A DNA stretch of 63,473 nt, counting the filler, from Choristocarpus tenellus KU-1152 (Eukaryota; Protista; Phaeophyceae): the NCBI GenBank assembly GCA_964200185.2. It is 12 parts of 12 records of this genome, joined end to end, with 100 filler letters (N's around TTAATTAATTAA, not from the genome) between each part and the next. Parts side by side here need not be neighbours in the genome. Positions count along the whole stretch, not along the records: positions 11,853 to 14,990 come from CAXNAD020022048.1; positions 15,091 to 17,998 come from CAXNAD020023736.1; positions 18,099 to 26,106 come from CAXNAD020005275.1; 9 more parts are not named here. One strand, given 5' to 3'. Under the pieces are notes generated by a model. It searched no databases, was not told the DNA's origin, and saw only the letters and a program-made list of their open reading frames with translations. The position numbers and the translations under genes were made by a program. Positions 12,432 to 24,529 of the stretch are shown piece by piece (the stretch's first letter is position 1; every line of letters starts with the position of its first letter).

Positions 12432-13437
12432 CTGTGGAACCGTGTTCCTTCCACTGAAAGTCTTCATTTGCCTGATCTTCTCCTCGCTGTCTTCTCCCTC
12501 CAACACGTTCACCCTGTTCACCTCCAGCCCTAGGACGTCCTCAAGCAGACCAAGGGCCTGCAGAGCAAGAATTTTCGCCTTGTCAGTCTGTACACTCCAC
12601 CACAGAGTACTCTAGTTGAATGCTCAATGAAGGCATAAAAAGTCATAGCATCAAACTTTGCCAAATCAGAGCAAAGCAAAAGCTAACGAAGCGTCGGGAT
12701 CAGCCGTCTTCAAAGTGAATAAACGCAGTTTACTAACCCTATCGTGAATCTACCACCTCGCTAAGATGGATATCAGGCATTGCATCTCCTTGTTGAAAAT
12801 AAAAGATGACGATTGGTGTCGGCTGTCAGAGAAGGGGCGCTGCTGAAACTGCAACTCTGACCTCCCAATGAACGAGTAGGCACCAACATACGGTTAGGGT
12901 TACATCTAATTACCCGAGCTAGTATGGCATCCCCTCAGCTCCCAACACATCCACCCAGCCAAAAGCATCACACTCAAACAAGCCAAAGCACAAGAACTTG
13001 GAAGGGGTACGTCGAGTTGGACCAAAGCAAGCTGTGGTTCTTACTTCAAATTCATCTACAAGAAGGGTTAGGCAGACCTATCCTTCACCGGAACTAATCC
13101 AAAAACGTCGGTACATCCATCTCACCTTCACGCAGTGAGGGCAACCTTCCTTGTAATACACCGTCACCAATCCCTTTTGCTCAACACCTGGCTGCAACTC
13201 TTCCTCAACGGCGGACTCTTCAATACCATTGGACTCTTCGATGTTCCCCGCCTCCAAATTCATATCAGACATACGAAAGCTCACAAGCGGGTTCCTTGAA
13301 GAAGAAAAAGCAAGATCAGGTGAAGGGAGTAACGACCGTCTGAGACTGGTCATTGGGGACATGAGAAATGCCTCGGTTGTCCATGACAGTGTCGTTGCTG
13401 CCAAGGCCAAAATCGCAAGTGTTTGCGATCCAGTCAT
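12432..13437 (-). CDS. Plastid-targeted glutaredoxin-domain protein, first two exons (3' part missing)
   Basis: Exon 1 13437-13126: signal peptide ending TEA|F, Ser/Arg-rich transit peptide, VYYKEGCPHCVK. Exon 2 12557-12432: ...QMKTFSGRNTVPQ. CPHC and TVPQ are glutaredoxin signatures. GT-AG, phase 0. Confidence 0.88.
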
Positions 13438-13671
13438 GTTTCTTGGGATTCGGGGAGAGAACAAGGGGTAGTTACTCGGTTGTACCGACTCGTGGGTCCT
13501 GTACCTGTGTTAGAAAGTATATGTGTGGGTGAGGATTGGGAGTGAAAAAGGCACACGCTGTACAAGAATCACACTGAAACAAAGATTACCCCGGTTTGAA
13601 ATTCATTTTGGTTGTGGAGAAAACCAATAATAACCCGCGGGTCGATTCTTATGTTCCAAAAAAGATATATA

Positions 13672-14952
13672 CAGCAGTGGGTCTATTTATATAAGAGAGG
13701 TGGGATATAAGAGAAAAGGGTTAGAAGGTAAATTGCCTTTTCACAACTTTTTTAGGCTGTAAGAGAGATTTCTACGTTTTCGTGCGAGTTCTCTCTTATA
13801 TCGAGCAAACTCGCATTAATTTTCAGCACTTAGGGTTAGGTTTTCAAAAAAGCCTGGTCTAAACTTCAACAAAATACAATGAACTATATCACAAAGTTAC
13901 CAGAGGCCAGGAGTACACACCATAGTAGTGTATTGTCTCTCAGTACTGCACAGTACAGTACATACAGCGTATCACATCAAGTTTAGAAGATTGTATTTCG
14001 CAGATATAACGATGCCCTGCGTAGCGGGATCCAGGAGCAACGTACAAAGTAATGCTCCTGGTTCATCACACCATACATGGCATAAGTGTCGTGTTTGTAG
14101 CGGCTATCTTCATGGCATTTGCGGCGTCATGGATCCTTTAGGCGCTAGCGATATGAAAAGCGTGTGCAAATTGTGCGTGAGTCCCGCCAAGCTCAAGGCT
14201 TCGAGTCCTCCAGCCGGTGACAACACGGCGTCGAAGCGCCACGACAACAAGAACAAAGGCAAGGGAAAGGTGCTGCAAAGTATATCTACGGAGAACGCCG
14301 CACCGTACAAGCCTCATCATCGTGCCGACAATCGTAAACGCTCAATTTTGCAGAGAAGGTGGAAGCGTTGATACTCCTGAAGACGATGACGGGAACTGCG
14401 GTTGCTCAAATGCTTGGAATCGGTCACAGCACCCTCCACAAGTTGAAGGAGGAAACAACAATCATGGAGAAAACGCAGACGCTGAAGCCTGATGCCAAGT
14501 CTACGAAGGGTGCCAAGCATGTCGAGGTGCGCCAGCGCATCGTTGGAAATCTGAAAGTAGGTTGATTGTGATCGTGATTGACTTGTATTTCTGGACTGTC
14601 TGCTGATGAGGATCATGATTGCATTTTTGAAATTTTGCGCGAGTTTCTGTCGTACTGCACTGTCTGTACTGTGTACTGTAGCACCGCAGGTGGCCATTTT
14701 TCTCGTAGAGGTACGTCCCAAAAAGTGTCCCTATATATTAATGAGGATCTTTCCGAATCTCTTGACGCTCTGCACGTCAAACCTGGTAGAAAACCGTCTC
14801 AGGCTTCCATCGGCGCAGCGAGAGCATGGATCGGTGTGGAAGATAACGATGAAGTAGCCAATGTGATACTAGAGGACATGAAAGACAAGCTTCTCGAGGA
14901 ATCCTTGTACCTATCAGAAAATGAAAGCTCGGGTGACGAGGATGACGGATTG
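13672..14952 (+). mobile_element. pogo/Tigger-like DNA transposon remnant (Cys/His finger plus CENP-B/psq HTH, no visible DDE core)
   Basis: TA|CAGCAGT terminus. ORF pieces HKCRVCSGYLHGICG..CKLC, then after a frameshift EALILLKTMTGTAVAQMLGIGHSTLHKLK..KSTKGAKHVE (psq-type HTH), a probable donor GAG|GTGCGC and an acidic C-terminal tail. Interrupted by MITE-B at 14953. Confidence 0.65.
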
Positions 14953-15547
14953 ACCCAAAGTATCTGGGAGGGGGGGGGTGTCTACACCAGNNNNNNNNNN
15001 NNNNNNNNNNNNNNNNNNNNNNNNNNNNNNNNNNTTAATTAATTAANNNNNNNNNNNNNNNNNNNNNNNNNNNNNNNNNNNNNNNNNNNNTGAGGAGCAC
15101 CATCAAAGGTTGGGCTTCATCACCACCAGTCAAGACGTCAGAACAAAGTGGATCTTCCATGTGTGACATTCGGTCAGAAAGTCTGTCCGTGGAATCATCG
15201 ATTCTTGACTGAGAACCTTAATCAGTACCACGGTATAATAACAAACATGCTTTCCACAGTATCGTACATATATATAGAGACCTCATACCTCTCACGATCA
15301 AAAACAGTGCCTAAACTGACACACTCATTAAGGTATCATGACTAACTCTCCACTCTGCTTGCTGAAGTCCTGCTACTACTAGATGTGGTGCCATCAATAA
15401 TAATAAAAATTGAGGTATAAAGAACCCTAGCACCATTTTTGAGTGGATGTGTAGTCGAATACTGTTCTTGGAACATGTGAGAAGAAGATATGGTGAACTC
15501 ATTGTGAGACAGCAAGACGCAGAAGATGGGGTATGATGTACTGCTTT

Positions 15548-15773
15548 GGCTCGAAGTATCTGGGGGTGGGGGGGTGGTGTGGGCTGGGGGGGGGGGGGGG
15601 GTGGGGGTGGGTCGGCCGTTTTCTATCCATTTGGGGCCCATTTTTCCATGTCGCAATTACTGGGTGATTTGGTTGCATGTGTCGAATGGATAGTATAAAT
15701 GCACTTTTCCTGGTCAGGTCCCAAATGGACACCCTAGTGTAGACCCCTCCCCTCCCCCCAGATACTTTGAACC
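15548..15773. mobile_element. MITE family B, complete copy with poly-G/poly-C arms
   Basis: GGCTCGAAGTATCT-G-rich ... C-rich-AGATACTTTGAACC, flanked by TTT/TTT. Confidence 0.85.
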
Positions 15774-17623
15774 TTTGAATTATGCTCTTCTTATCGATGG
15801 TGGTAGTGTGAGGCTGATTTTTAACAAGAGCTGGCGCAAGACATAACCGACAGATCTGATGGAGGGGCGAAATGATAATGAGAACGGATACATCGTAACA
15901 AAACCGTCGTAAGAGAGACATGAGGTCGTGAGGAGATATGTAGGAGAATTGCTAACAATAAGAGCGATCTAAGGGCAGTTGGGCAAGGGGGGAGTGATGA
16001 TAGATACAATATCATCCACCACTTCGCATCTAGTGGGTATTATTAATTGATGGTAGGGTATAATGTTGCACTTTATAGTGTAACAGAAAAATAAAAACTA
16101 CAACATATTATCTGAACACCTCTTCTCCTCAAGTGTTCACACAACGACGGGTTGAGTACCATATCCAGTAAACTATTTCAACAAGCAGTAAGTCCTAGGT
16201 CGATTCGTCTCCCTTCTTACTCTGTACAAGATTTATGTTGTTCATAGACACATCTACTATACATAGCCACCGAAGGCTCCCTTGCAATCACAGGAAGGCA
16301 ATGAATGGTAGTAAATAAAAATATGGAACTGAGAATGAAGTACATAACATGACGCCAAAATAATCATGGCAATAAAATAGTAATTACATTAGTTGTGTAT
16401 CTTCTTTCTCCAAGTCCCGACTTGCACTAAACTGCAGATCTTTCTAAAACACAATCCCAGATTCCTCATTACCTTCCTGAAGATGAAAACCTCAGGTCTC
16501 TTGGGAAGGTGCCTGCCTCTTGACAAATGCAAATACCTCGCAGTATTGAGCGTAACCAATTGAGAAGTAGGCAACCCTTACGCACAACAACTCATCTTTC
16601 TTACCCTGTGCTATACAGTTTGTTTTACTGTTTTATGCACACATTGGTGTAAGCAAAATTGATATTCACCCTTCACACCTGTGAAGTCACACTACACTTC
16701 AGGAAAGGCTATTTCTGTAATTGTATAAAATGAATTATCTCCTGCCTACCTCTCAGTTGGTTTGACTTTCTAAATGCCAGTTTCCTTGTTTGAATTTCTG
16801 GTTACACTGTTCTCGTTTTTCCGAACACGGAAAGAACCTTCACTAAGTATAAGCCAATGACGGTGGAGTAGTTCAAATCCCGAGAAGTTTGAAAATATAC
16901 ACCCTACACGCTCTGACTTCCATTCCTCCTCTCTACAGTAGTAATAGTAACAAACCACTTGCCTCACACCTTTCTTGATAGCTAAATGCTGTCCAATGTT
17001 CTAATGCTGGCAGAGGGGATACTGATTGCCTTGCCCACAAAACAAGAAATCTGCAAAAATCCAATTGCTACAGACACAAAGCCACTTACCTTAAAACAAG
17101 TACTCAAGCATGATTCTTGACATACATCATGCAACCGCATCACAAAATAATGGTATGAACACATATCTTGGTTCATAGCCCCACCCCAGTAAGCAGAAAA
17201 TACAGTTAACCACATGGATAGGTCTCAAAACCAATCAATACAGATCTGCATTGCATGCAAACAACCCCAGCAAAGGACCCCTCATCCTTGTAGTAGTTTG
17301 CAACCAAGCAGACAACACACAATGCATTGAAAAAGAAAAAAAAAATATCGCAATACAAAGTGCGACCTTTCACAGTAATACTTTTTATCCTTCCTTACGC
17401 AACCTCAATGGGCAGGTTCAACCTAGAGCACCCCCATCCAGATCTCTAAAAAGTCCTACAATACCTGAATCTCAGAGAGTAAGTATACCCCCCTTCATGG
17501 ACAAATCGAGTACAAGAACAAGAACACCACAAACACAAAGTCATGATGTGACCATCATCCACCTAAAAACATCTTGTCGCCCAAAACAAGGGAGTGAGCA
17601 AAAGCAACCTTGAATATATCTAC

Positions 17624-17719
17624 CTCCACTGTGTTCATCAGCCTGAATTTTCCCCCAGACAACCACTTCACAGACAAGAGAGAGTGAAGCCATGCGCATG
17701 CAGCTCTGGGCTGATGGCA
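17624..17719 (-). CDS. Possible isolated internal exon of an unidentified gene
   Basis: Acceptor CCACTTCTTTTGTACCGTAG, donor GAG|GTAGAT, 96 nt with two open frames. No recognisable motif. Confidence 0.28.
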
Positions 17720-19199
17720 CTACGGTACAAAAGAAGTGGTTTACAAATGTTTGAAAAAAATAGCCGCAAATGCATTCAAGGCTTTACAGATGTGTAACGA
17801 TACGTACCATTTCTTTCCATTTCACAGGAAATTAGTGACCAACTATAATGTAGTACCAATATATATATGTGTGTGTTTGTGTATCATTCACCAACCCCAC
17901 TTCTGTTCAGGAACTTACAAGGCCAGAACTGACAATACACAAGGGAAGAACAGGGAATCCACCTTGGATATCGAATCTACTAAACCATAAATTGGGGGNN
18001 NNNNNNNNNNNNNNNNNNNNNNNNNNNNNNNNNNNNNNNNNNTTAATTAATTAANNNNNNNNNNNNNNNNNNNNNNNNNNNNNNNNNNNNNNNNNNNNCC
18101 CCCCAAACTTCCCCCCCTCCCCCCCCCCCCCCCCCCCCCGTTCCCGGGGTACACCCCCCCCCCCCCCCCCCAGATACTTTGGGTCTTTTATTGATTCGTT
18201 TCATATATATAATGACGGAAAATAGGGAGGAATAGTGACGGTAGTGCAAATGTACCGAGTAAATGAAAAGTCAAGCATGAGGTGATAATTGACTGGGGGT
18301 AGTTGGACTGTTTAAACGTGGTCTCTGAGACATCGAAGATTAATACTTTTCTTGCTGATTCCACCCCATATAATTTCATCACAATTTCCTCACATCCCAG
18401 ACACCTCCCTGTTGCTGTTTCCTTGGCCAAAAGAATACATGTATGACACACGTCTCAGTCCTTCTGTTACATTAATCGATCAAGAGTAGTCACTGTCTGA
18501 CCTCGCAAAGCGTTGATGTACACCAAGCATGGATAATGTCTAAGCACTGGATTGATCACTGATTAGTTACAGTAGGACGTTGGAGCTGAGAACACAGGTA
18601 TAGCACAGACTTCTGATTTTAACGATATTCAAGAACCCTCCAAGGTGTGAGAGAAGTTTAGGAACTTGCATGTCTAGTTTGATGGAAAGATGTGTAAGTA
18701 GTTTTAAAATTGTGAAAAAATAATACTAAAGTGGTGTGCAGGGCCTTTGAGTCTACCCTGGGTCTTATTTTCGGTGGCCGGTGTGTACCCGTTGGGATTA
18801 CACCAGAAACGGGGTTGGCTGGGCAGTCTATGGGAGAACGGGGTCAGAGGGGATGAACATACCAAAGGGGATAGAGTTGCCAGGGTAGGGGGGGAAAGGT
18901 GGCCAAGACCGATGTTGGAATGTATGTTTTTAAGGATAAAGAAGAAAAGGGCTTGGCTGTTGATGTCTGAACACCAACCAAGAGGGAGGAATGCGTTGAC
19001 AGAGAGAATCGCCAAGATGATAGGGAAACACAACACAAACTAACCCTAACTACTCGTGCCCACAGATAGAATTGATAAGAGGAATTCTTGGGCAAGGAAA
19101 GGACAGTACAGGACTTAGGTGAGCTGTACAAAGAAATACACAAGAGGACCGTAGGCACCTTTGTGCGATAATGGTTGAAAAGGGGTTCAAGAGAACAAG

Positions 19200-19500
19200 G
19201 GTGGGATGTTAGCAATAAACCTTACCATTTGCTTGACTATAGAAGTCGGAAGTGAGAGGTATACACAGGAGAAGAATATATAGGCGTTGATATCTCGGGT
19301 TTAGGGCAACTGAGTTAGTACACAAAGGGATGAAATATACGTAATAATCCTAATACTCCAAAAAATACTGCCCTGACCATTCAAATACCAACACAGCACC
19401 TCGACCTCCTTCACTCAAAAGGGTGGACTCAGGAGGAGTGAATTGAACGTCGCGCACACAACAGAACTTAAGCATCTGCATTAACCCAGCAGTCGGGACA
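19200..19500 (-). repeat. Dispersed ~300-bp repeat (inverted diverged copy at ~21780-22062, fragment at ~53528-53560)
   Basis: Shared blocks GACTGCTG..CTTAAGTTCTG, AACTCAGTTGCCCT and CTAACATCCC. Confidence 0.6.
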
Positions 19501-20337
19501 CAGAAGCGAAGACTGGGGTAGGATATATGTCACTCTAGTGGGGGGGAGCGGGAAACTGAGTCGGTGTAGATAGCAACAGGATATATACCATTTAAGTTAG
19601 AGTTAGGGTCCCGGTGCTTCAACGGTCAATTTCTCGGCCTTCCACCCGCCTACATATCACTTCCTAACTTCTTTCACCTGTGTCAGAGCATGGGAATGGA
19701 TCATGTAGACGTTGTGTATCAGTCTCGGATTGTGATATAGAAAGTGGAGCATCCCCTGGTCAGGGAGTGGAGATAGTGTGTTTGAGTACCTTGCAGCCTC
19801 GCACACCAGAAGGTCAGCTGCTCTCTATACTCAAAGGTGTTACAAAAGCAGTTTGGGAACAGTAGTCTGAGTTCCAGATGGCGAGAGGTGAAGGTGATTA
19901 ACGAGAATCAAGGCAACATACATCTTGAGGCAAAAAATAAAGTGAACTCAGTTTGAGATCAGAGAAGTACACCCTACAGTCGGTCAGGAAACGGGGAGCA
20001 ACAAGACTGGTAACAATAGGGGCACTGGAAATAGTGGTACAGACGAATGGAAGATGGACCTCGGAGTAATTTGCGGTATTCGCCAGGGCCGATCAAAGAG
20101 AGCTAGTGCATACGTCAAAAGGCTAGGCAAAGAAGAAGGACTGGGTACGACCAGGGCAAGAGGTGGACCTGTGAACTACATATAGACAACCCAAAATGGT
20201 AAGTAAAGCTCAAGCGGGGTGTCTGTATTCTAGTTCAGAGGCATGGTACAGGAGTGGATGGTTGGGTGGTTCTTGGGTTAATGTGAAATGATATGGATTG
20301 GTGTAGTGTAGAGTAAAATGGTACGATATGGTGAAGC

Positions 20338-20581
20338 CCTCCAAAGTATCTTAGAGGGTAGGGTCGCGTTCGTTTGGGGCCAAAATCCAATGTTGCAATT
20401 TTAATGTAATTGTTAGGAAGTGTCAATATCCTTGTTCCGGACACACCTTTTCATAACTCATACATTTTGCTTACTCCTAAACATTCTGGAGTAGGAAAAT
20501 GTAATAAAAAAAGCTCATGGGAAGTTAAGCCCCAAATAGACAAATAGGGCAAAACTCGTACCCTCTAAGATACTTTCACTC
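20338..20581 (+). mobile_element. MITE family A, full copy
   Basis: AAAGTATCTTAGAGGGTA...TACCCTCTAAGATACTTTCACTC, with a small internal deletion. Confidence 0.9.
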
Positions 20582-20644
20582 AGGGTGGTGCTATGTGAAG
20601 TTGTGTAGGTAGAGTGATGCAAAGTGGTGTAGCGGAAGAGGGTG

Positions 20645-20990
20645 GAGTGGATTTGCGGAAATTGACAACATTGTTCGGTTATTGAATGCCAATGCCAGAA
20701 ATTGACCGCATTGGCTGGTAAGTGGATACGTAGAAATTGGCTGCGCTGTATGTGCGGAAATTGGTCACATTGGTTAGTTATTATTTGAATACATGGAAAT
20801 TGGCCCGTTGGATGTGTAGAATTTAGTTGCATTGGTTGGTGAGTGGATATGTGGAAAACGGCAACATACTTTGTGGGGCAACAACGATAGTGTGTGGAGG
20901 GAAGAAGTGGTGTGCGAAATTGCACGAGGAGTAGTAGAGTGGATGGAAGGGTGGGTAAGATAAGGCTAACTATTGCAGAATTGGTGACCA
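20645..20990. repeat. Degenerate minisatellite with core G(C/T)GGAAATTGG..CATTGG
   Basis: About nine GAAATTG-like cores at irregular ~20-60 nt spacing. Confidence 0.6.
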
Positions 20991-21293
20991 AAGCAAAGTA
21001 TGTTATGGAAAGAGGATTGTTATTTTTTTTGTACCGTCATAGAGAACAACAAGAGAACGAACTACTGCTGTATATATTTAGAGTAGTAGAAACCTATGGT
21101 TCTTACACAATTTTGTTTTTCTACTAAATGACAACATTACATTTGTGAATATTATTTTTCCCTACTAAATCGCAACGTAAGATTTGTACTACCTCCGTGC
21201 CATAAGTCTGTTCCGCGTTGTCCATAACCTTTGAAGATATTGACGAAATTAACATCTAATAGAAGACTTGGAATTCTTGACGAATTTCTGGTC

Positions 21294-21482
21294 GAGTCAA
21301 AGTACCTTAGAGAGGGTAGGGCCGCGTCCATTTGGGGCCAAAAACCAATGTTGTGATTTTTATGTAATTTTGGCTATTGTGTTTGTTAGGAAGTGTCAAT
21401 ATCCTTGTTCCGAAAACACCTTTTCATAAGGTATACATTTACCTACTTCAAAACATTTCGGAGTAGGAAAATGCCATAAAAT
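21294..21482 (+). mobile_element. MITE family A, 3'-truncated copy
   Basis: Left TIR and body present up to just past the internal hairpin. Confidence 0.85.
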
Positions 21483-21619
21483 GGCGAATGTCGGCTGGTT
21501 CTTAATGGTCATCTCTACCTTGCACTGTCCCGTCTGCGCTCCCCGTACGTAATTTGGTCTCTTTCAGTCTTCGGCTTACCCTCCCTTTGCATGATCTCTT
21601 CCTCTCCCTCCTTCCACAG

Positions 21620-21651
21620 ACAAGATCATTGGAAGTGTTTTGTGGGCAGCT
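21620..21651 (+). CDS. Possible micro-exon (DKIIGSVLWAA) of an unidentified membrane protein
   Basis: Long pyrimidine tract plus CACAG acceptor and GTAAGG donor. No partner exons identified. Confidence 0.3.
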
Positions 21652-22192
21652 GTAAGGTCGAGAGCATGTTTGTGGAAGTATGGGAAGTTATATACATCCT
21701 GACCCTCTCATCACCAATTTGGTTGCCCTCACCCCCCAACCAGAGCCACATACGCTCTACTCCTGCTTTCCTTTCTAGCTCCTGACTGCTGAGGCCAAGG
21801 CACATACTTAAGTTCTGACAGGTACATATTACGCTCAGATCCCAAGCTAACTTAGAGCGAAATAAAGATAAGGTGATATGGGAGGTGAAGAGTCATAAGG
21901 GTGTCCGTGAAAGGAATGCAATACTTCTACCTTACGCTCAACTGTATCAACTCAGTTGCCCTTACTCCCTGGATAGGTACACCTAAAATATATGTGTTCA
22001 CCTCCATCTCCGACTCCTGTCGTCAGGCCAAATACTAGAGTTCTAACATGCACTAACATCCCCCCATCGAGTGAAATCAAGTGAGAGGTAGGCAGGGTTG
22101 CATTCAAAGGAGGATCCCGAGAAAGGGAAAAAGTTTATCAATTTGTACAATTGCAAAAAGAGCCTTTGCCGAATTGTGGTATATCACTTTGT

Positions 22193-22451
22193 GAGTGAAA
22201 ATATCTTGGAGGGTACGAGTTTTGCTCTGTTTGTCCATTTGGGGCTTGGCTTCCGATGGGTTTCTTTATTACACTTTCCTACTCCAAAATACTTCGGAGT
22301 AGGTAAAATATTTACGTTATGAAAAGATGTGTCCGGAACAAGGATTTTGACTCTTCCTCACAAATATGATAGCCAAAATTACATCAAAATCGTAACATTG
22401 GAGTTTTGCCCCCAAATGGACGCGGCCCTACCCTCTAAGTTACTTTGGCTC
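22193..22451 (-). mobile_element. MITE family A, full inverted copy, TSD TGT
   Basis: Both TIRs present. TGT at 22190-22192 and 22452-22454. Confidence 0.9.
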
Positions 22452-23099
22452 TGTGTAGGAAAAGCGGAATATCAATTTGTATACACTACTGTACACAATA
22501 ACAATAAAATAGAGCGTATTGTACAGGGTAAGGACGATGGCTTGGAAGGTAAAAGGGTTCAAAAGTGCCTGCCTCCCAATTGGTTTGGCTCCTTTTCTAT
22601 TTCTTATCATGAGAGGGTGTAGCCAGCCCTCGTGGATACCTTGGGTGCAGCTCACCCAACTCCTAATTACCCAGGAACTACTCTTTTTCCAAGTAAATTA
22701 CTGTTTTTTTGTAAGAATATTCTGTATTTATTTATTTGCTTATTCTACGTGTCAGACTATCAACCTCTCTACTAGCAATCTTTGAGTTCTGTCTCACTCC
22801 AAAATGCCTAGGACTCAATATCTTCCCAGGTACACTCTCCCAACTCTAGGTACCTCCTAAGAATCTTCAGACCTTTCTTTTGCTGAGACCAGGATGATCA
22901 CTGCTAGTAGCTTGATGTTTCAACCTTGGCACTATCTGTAAGTGGAAGCAATTGGTGGTAGTGGTAGAAGGGGGATGATATGATAGGTTGTATTTTCTGG
23001 GTGGAGTCCGAGTTAGGTCATCGGATGTAGTGGGCAAACCTGTGTCCTAAGCTCCACAGTCCCCTTCAATTAGTCACGTCTTGAAACATTGTGCATAGT

Positions 23100-24150
23100 G
23101 TACGAGAGTACTCTTCTTCATGTTATATCAGTCACTAGTCCCGAAAGTTAATCTGAACGCAGGGACAGCGACCTATGGTATCCATATACTTTCCCACAAT
23201 AGGCGACAGCAGCCAGTGAATTGCCTGAGTATTGAACAAGTCCATATTGCTGGAATCAGTGAGAAACGCAGTACACCTGATAACTCTGTAACCTTTTTTC
23301 TTTTGACCAGTTGAACATAAATATTATTGCATAGTCTGTTATTTGTACCCTCCGTCTAACTCTTCACATGTTCACGGCAAACCCCAGATTCGCATACGAA
23401 AGTACAGCATGCTCACCCGGCATTGGAGTGGTACATTGTTAACATTATTTGAAGTACAGTATTTGGGCACCCAAACAGAACAGCGTTCTCTTTTTTCTGT
23501 AGCGACATTGATTAGTACTGCTCACTTAGCGCGGCCATGTGTCCACCCAAATATCCCACTGAGGTTCCCCCAAGAGACTACTTTTACGGATTTTCCAGCT
23601 ATTTATCACACTATGATGCGCCCTTTGATTTCTACTGCTGACCTACAATTATGTACCCACCCCATTACCCCACTGACTTCCCCCAGTGATGACCTTCACG
23701 GATAATTTTTATCCAGTTATCTACCACACTATGAAGTGACTTAATCTGTCAGTTCGATTAATGTTGCCAATACAATAGTTGGTAATTGCTTCTGGCAAGA
23801 ACGACAAACTATAATCCTGATCCCGCTTATACATCATATCCCCAATGGTGATTGTCGTAAAAGCTACCACCCTCCAATGTGTCTTAATCTACTTATATTA
23901 TCACCAATGCCATGGAATATCCCAGCTTTCATCCACAAAGCGACACAACAGCTACAATCGATCATTCCGTCAGGAGTCTTGGTTCAAGGGTATCCATGCC
24001 TTGTTACTCATCCTTGTATTGGCACAGATCCTCCACTCCTGACTCGTTCACGTACTACCAACCCAGTGATCATCCCACGATTAGACTTCGCCCTTCAATT
24101 TTGCCACAAATGTTCAGGGTGAAATATAATAAGTGCTGGCAACAGGAACG
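23100..24150 (+). mobile_element. Possible very old Gypsy RT/RNase H remnant
   Basis: Only faint resemblance (SGVLVQG, RLDFALQFCHKCSG*NII) to RNase H motifs. Confidence 0.25.
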
Positions 24151-24529
24151 CATAATCTATGACTGATCAATGTACACCCAATATCTATGCAAAAGAGAGC
24201 TATTCTAATAGTCTTTGCTTTATGTGGTATGGATGCATTTATCAGCGGAGTGAGCACATCCCTCGAGGTCGGAGGGTGCTCTGCCTCGTTATCTAGTGTG
24301 CACGTCAGCAGACATATCAAAATGTGCTTGTGTCAGTGACACTACTTCAATTATCCTCCGTCAACCACCTATATTGGGTAGTTAGAAATCAATCCACCGA
24401 GATTTCGAACCTATGATTCTAAGCACACGGAAACAAGTTCTGGACACTTACTCTACCCAGTCAACATTTCTGTCATGAATTAATGATCACTGAAGACATA
24501 AAACCAATATAGACCACTTAGCCTATATT

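Noticed and set aside
24392-24462. tRNA-like segment on the minus strand (GGTAGAG ... GGTTCGAAATC)
   Set aside because: No convincing cloverleaf or acceptor stem. At most a decayed SINE head.
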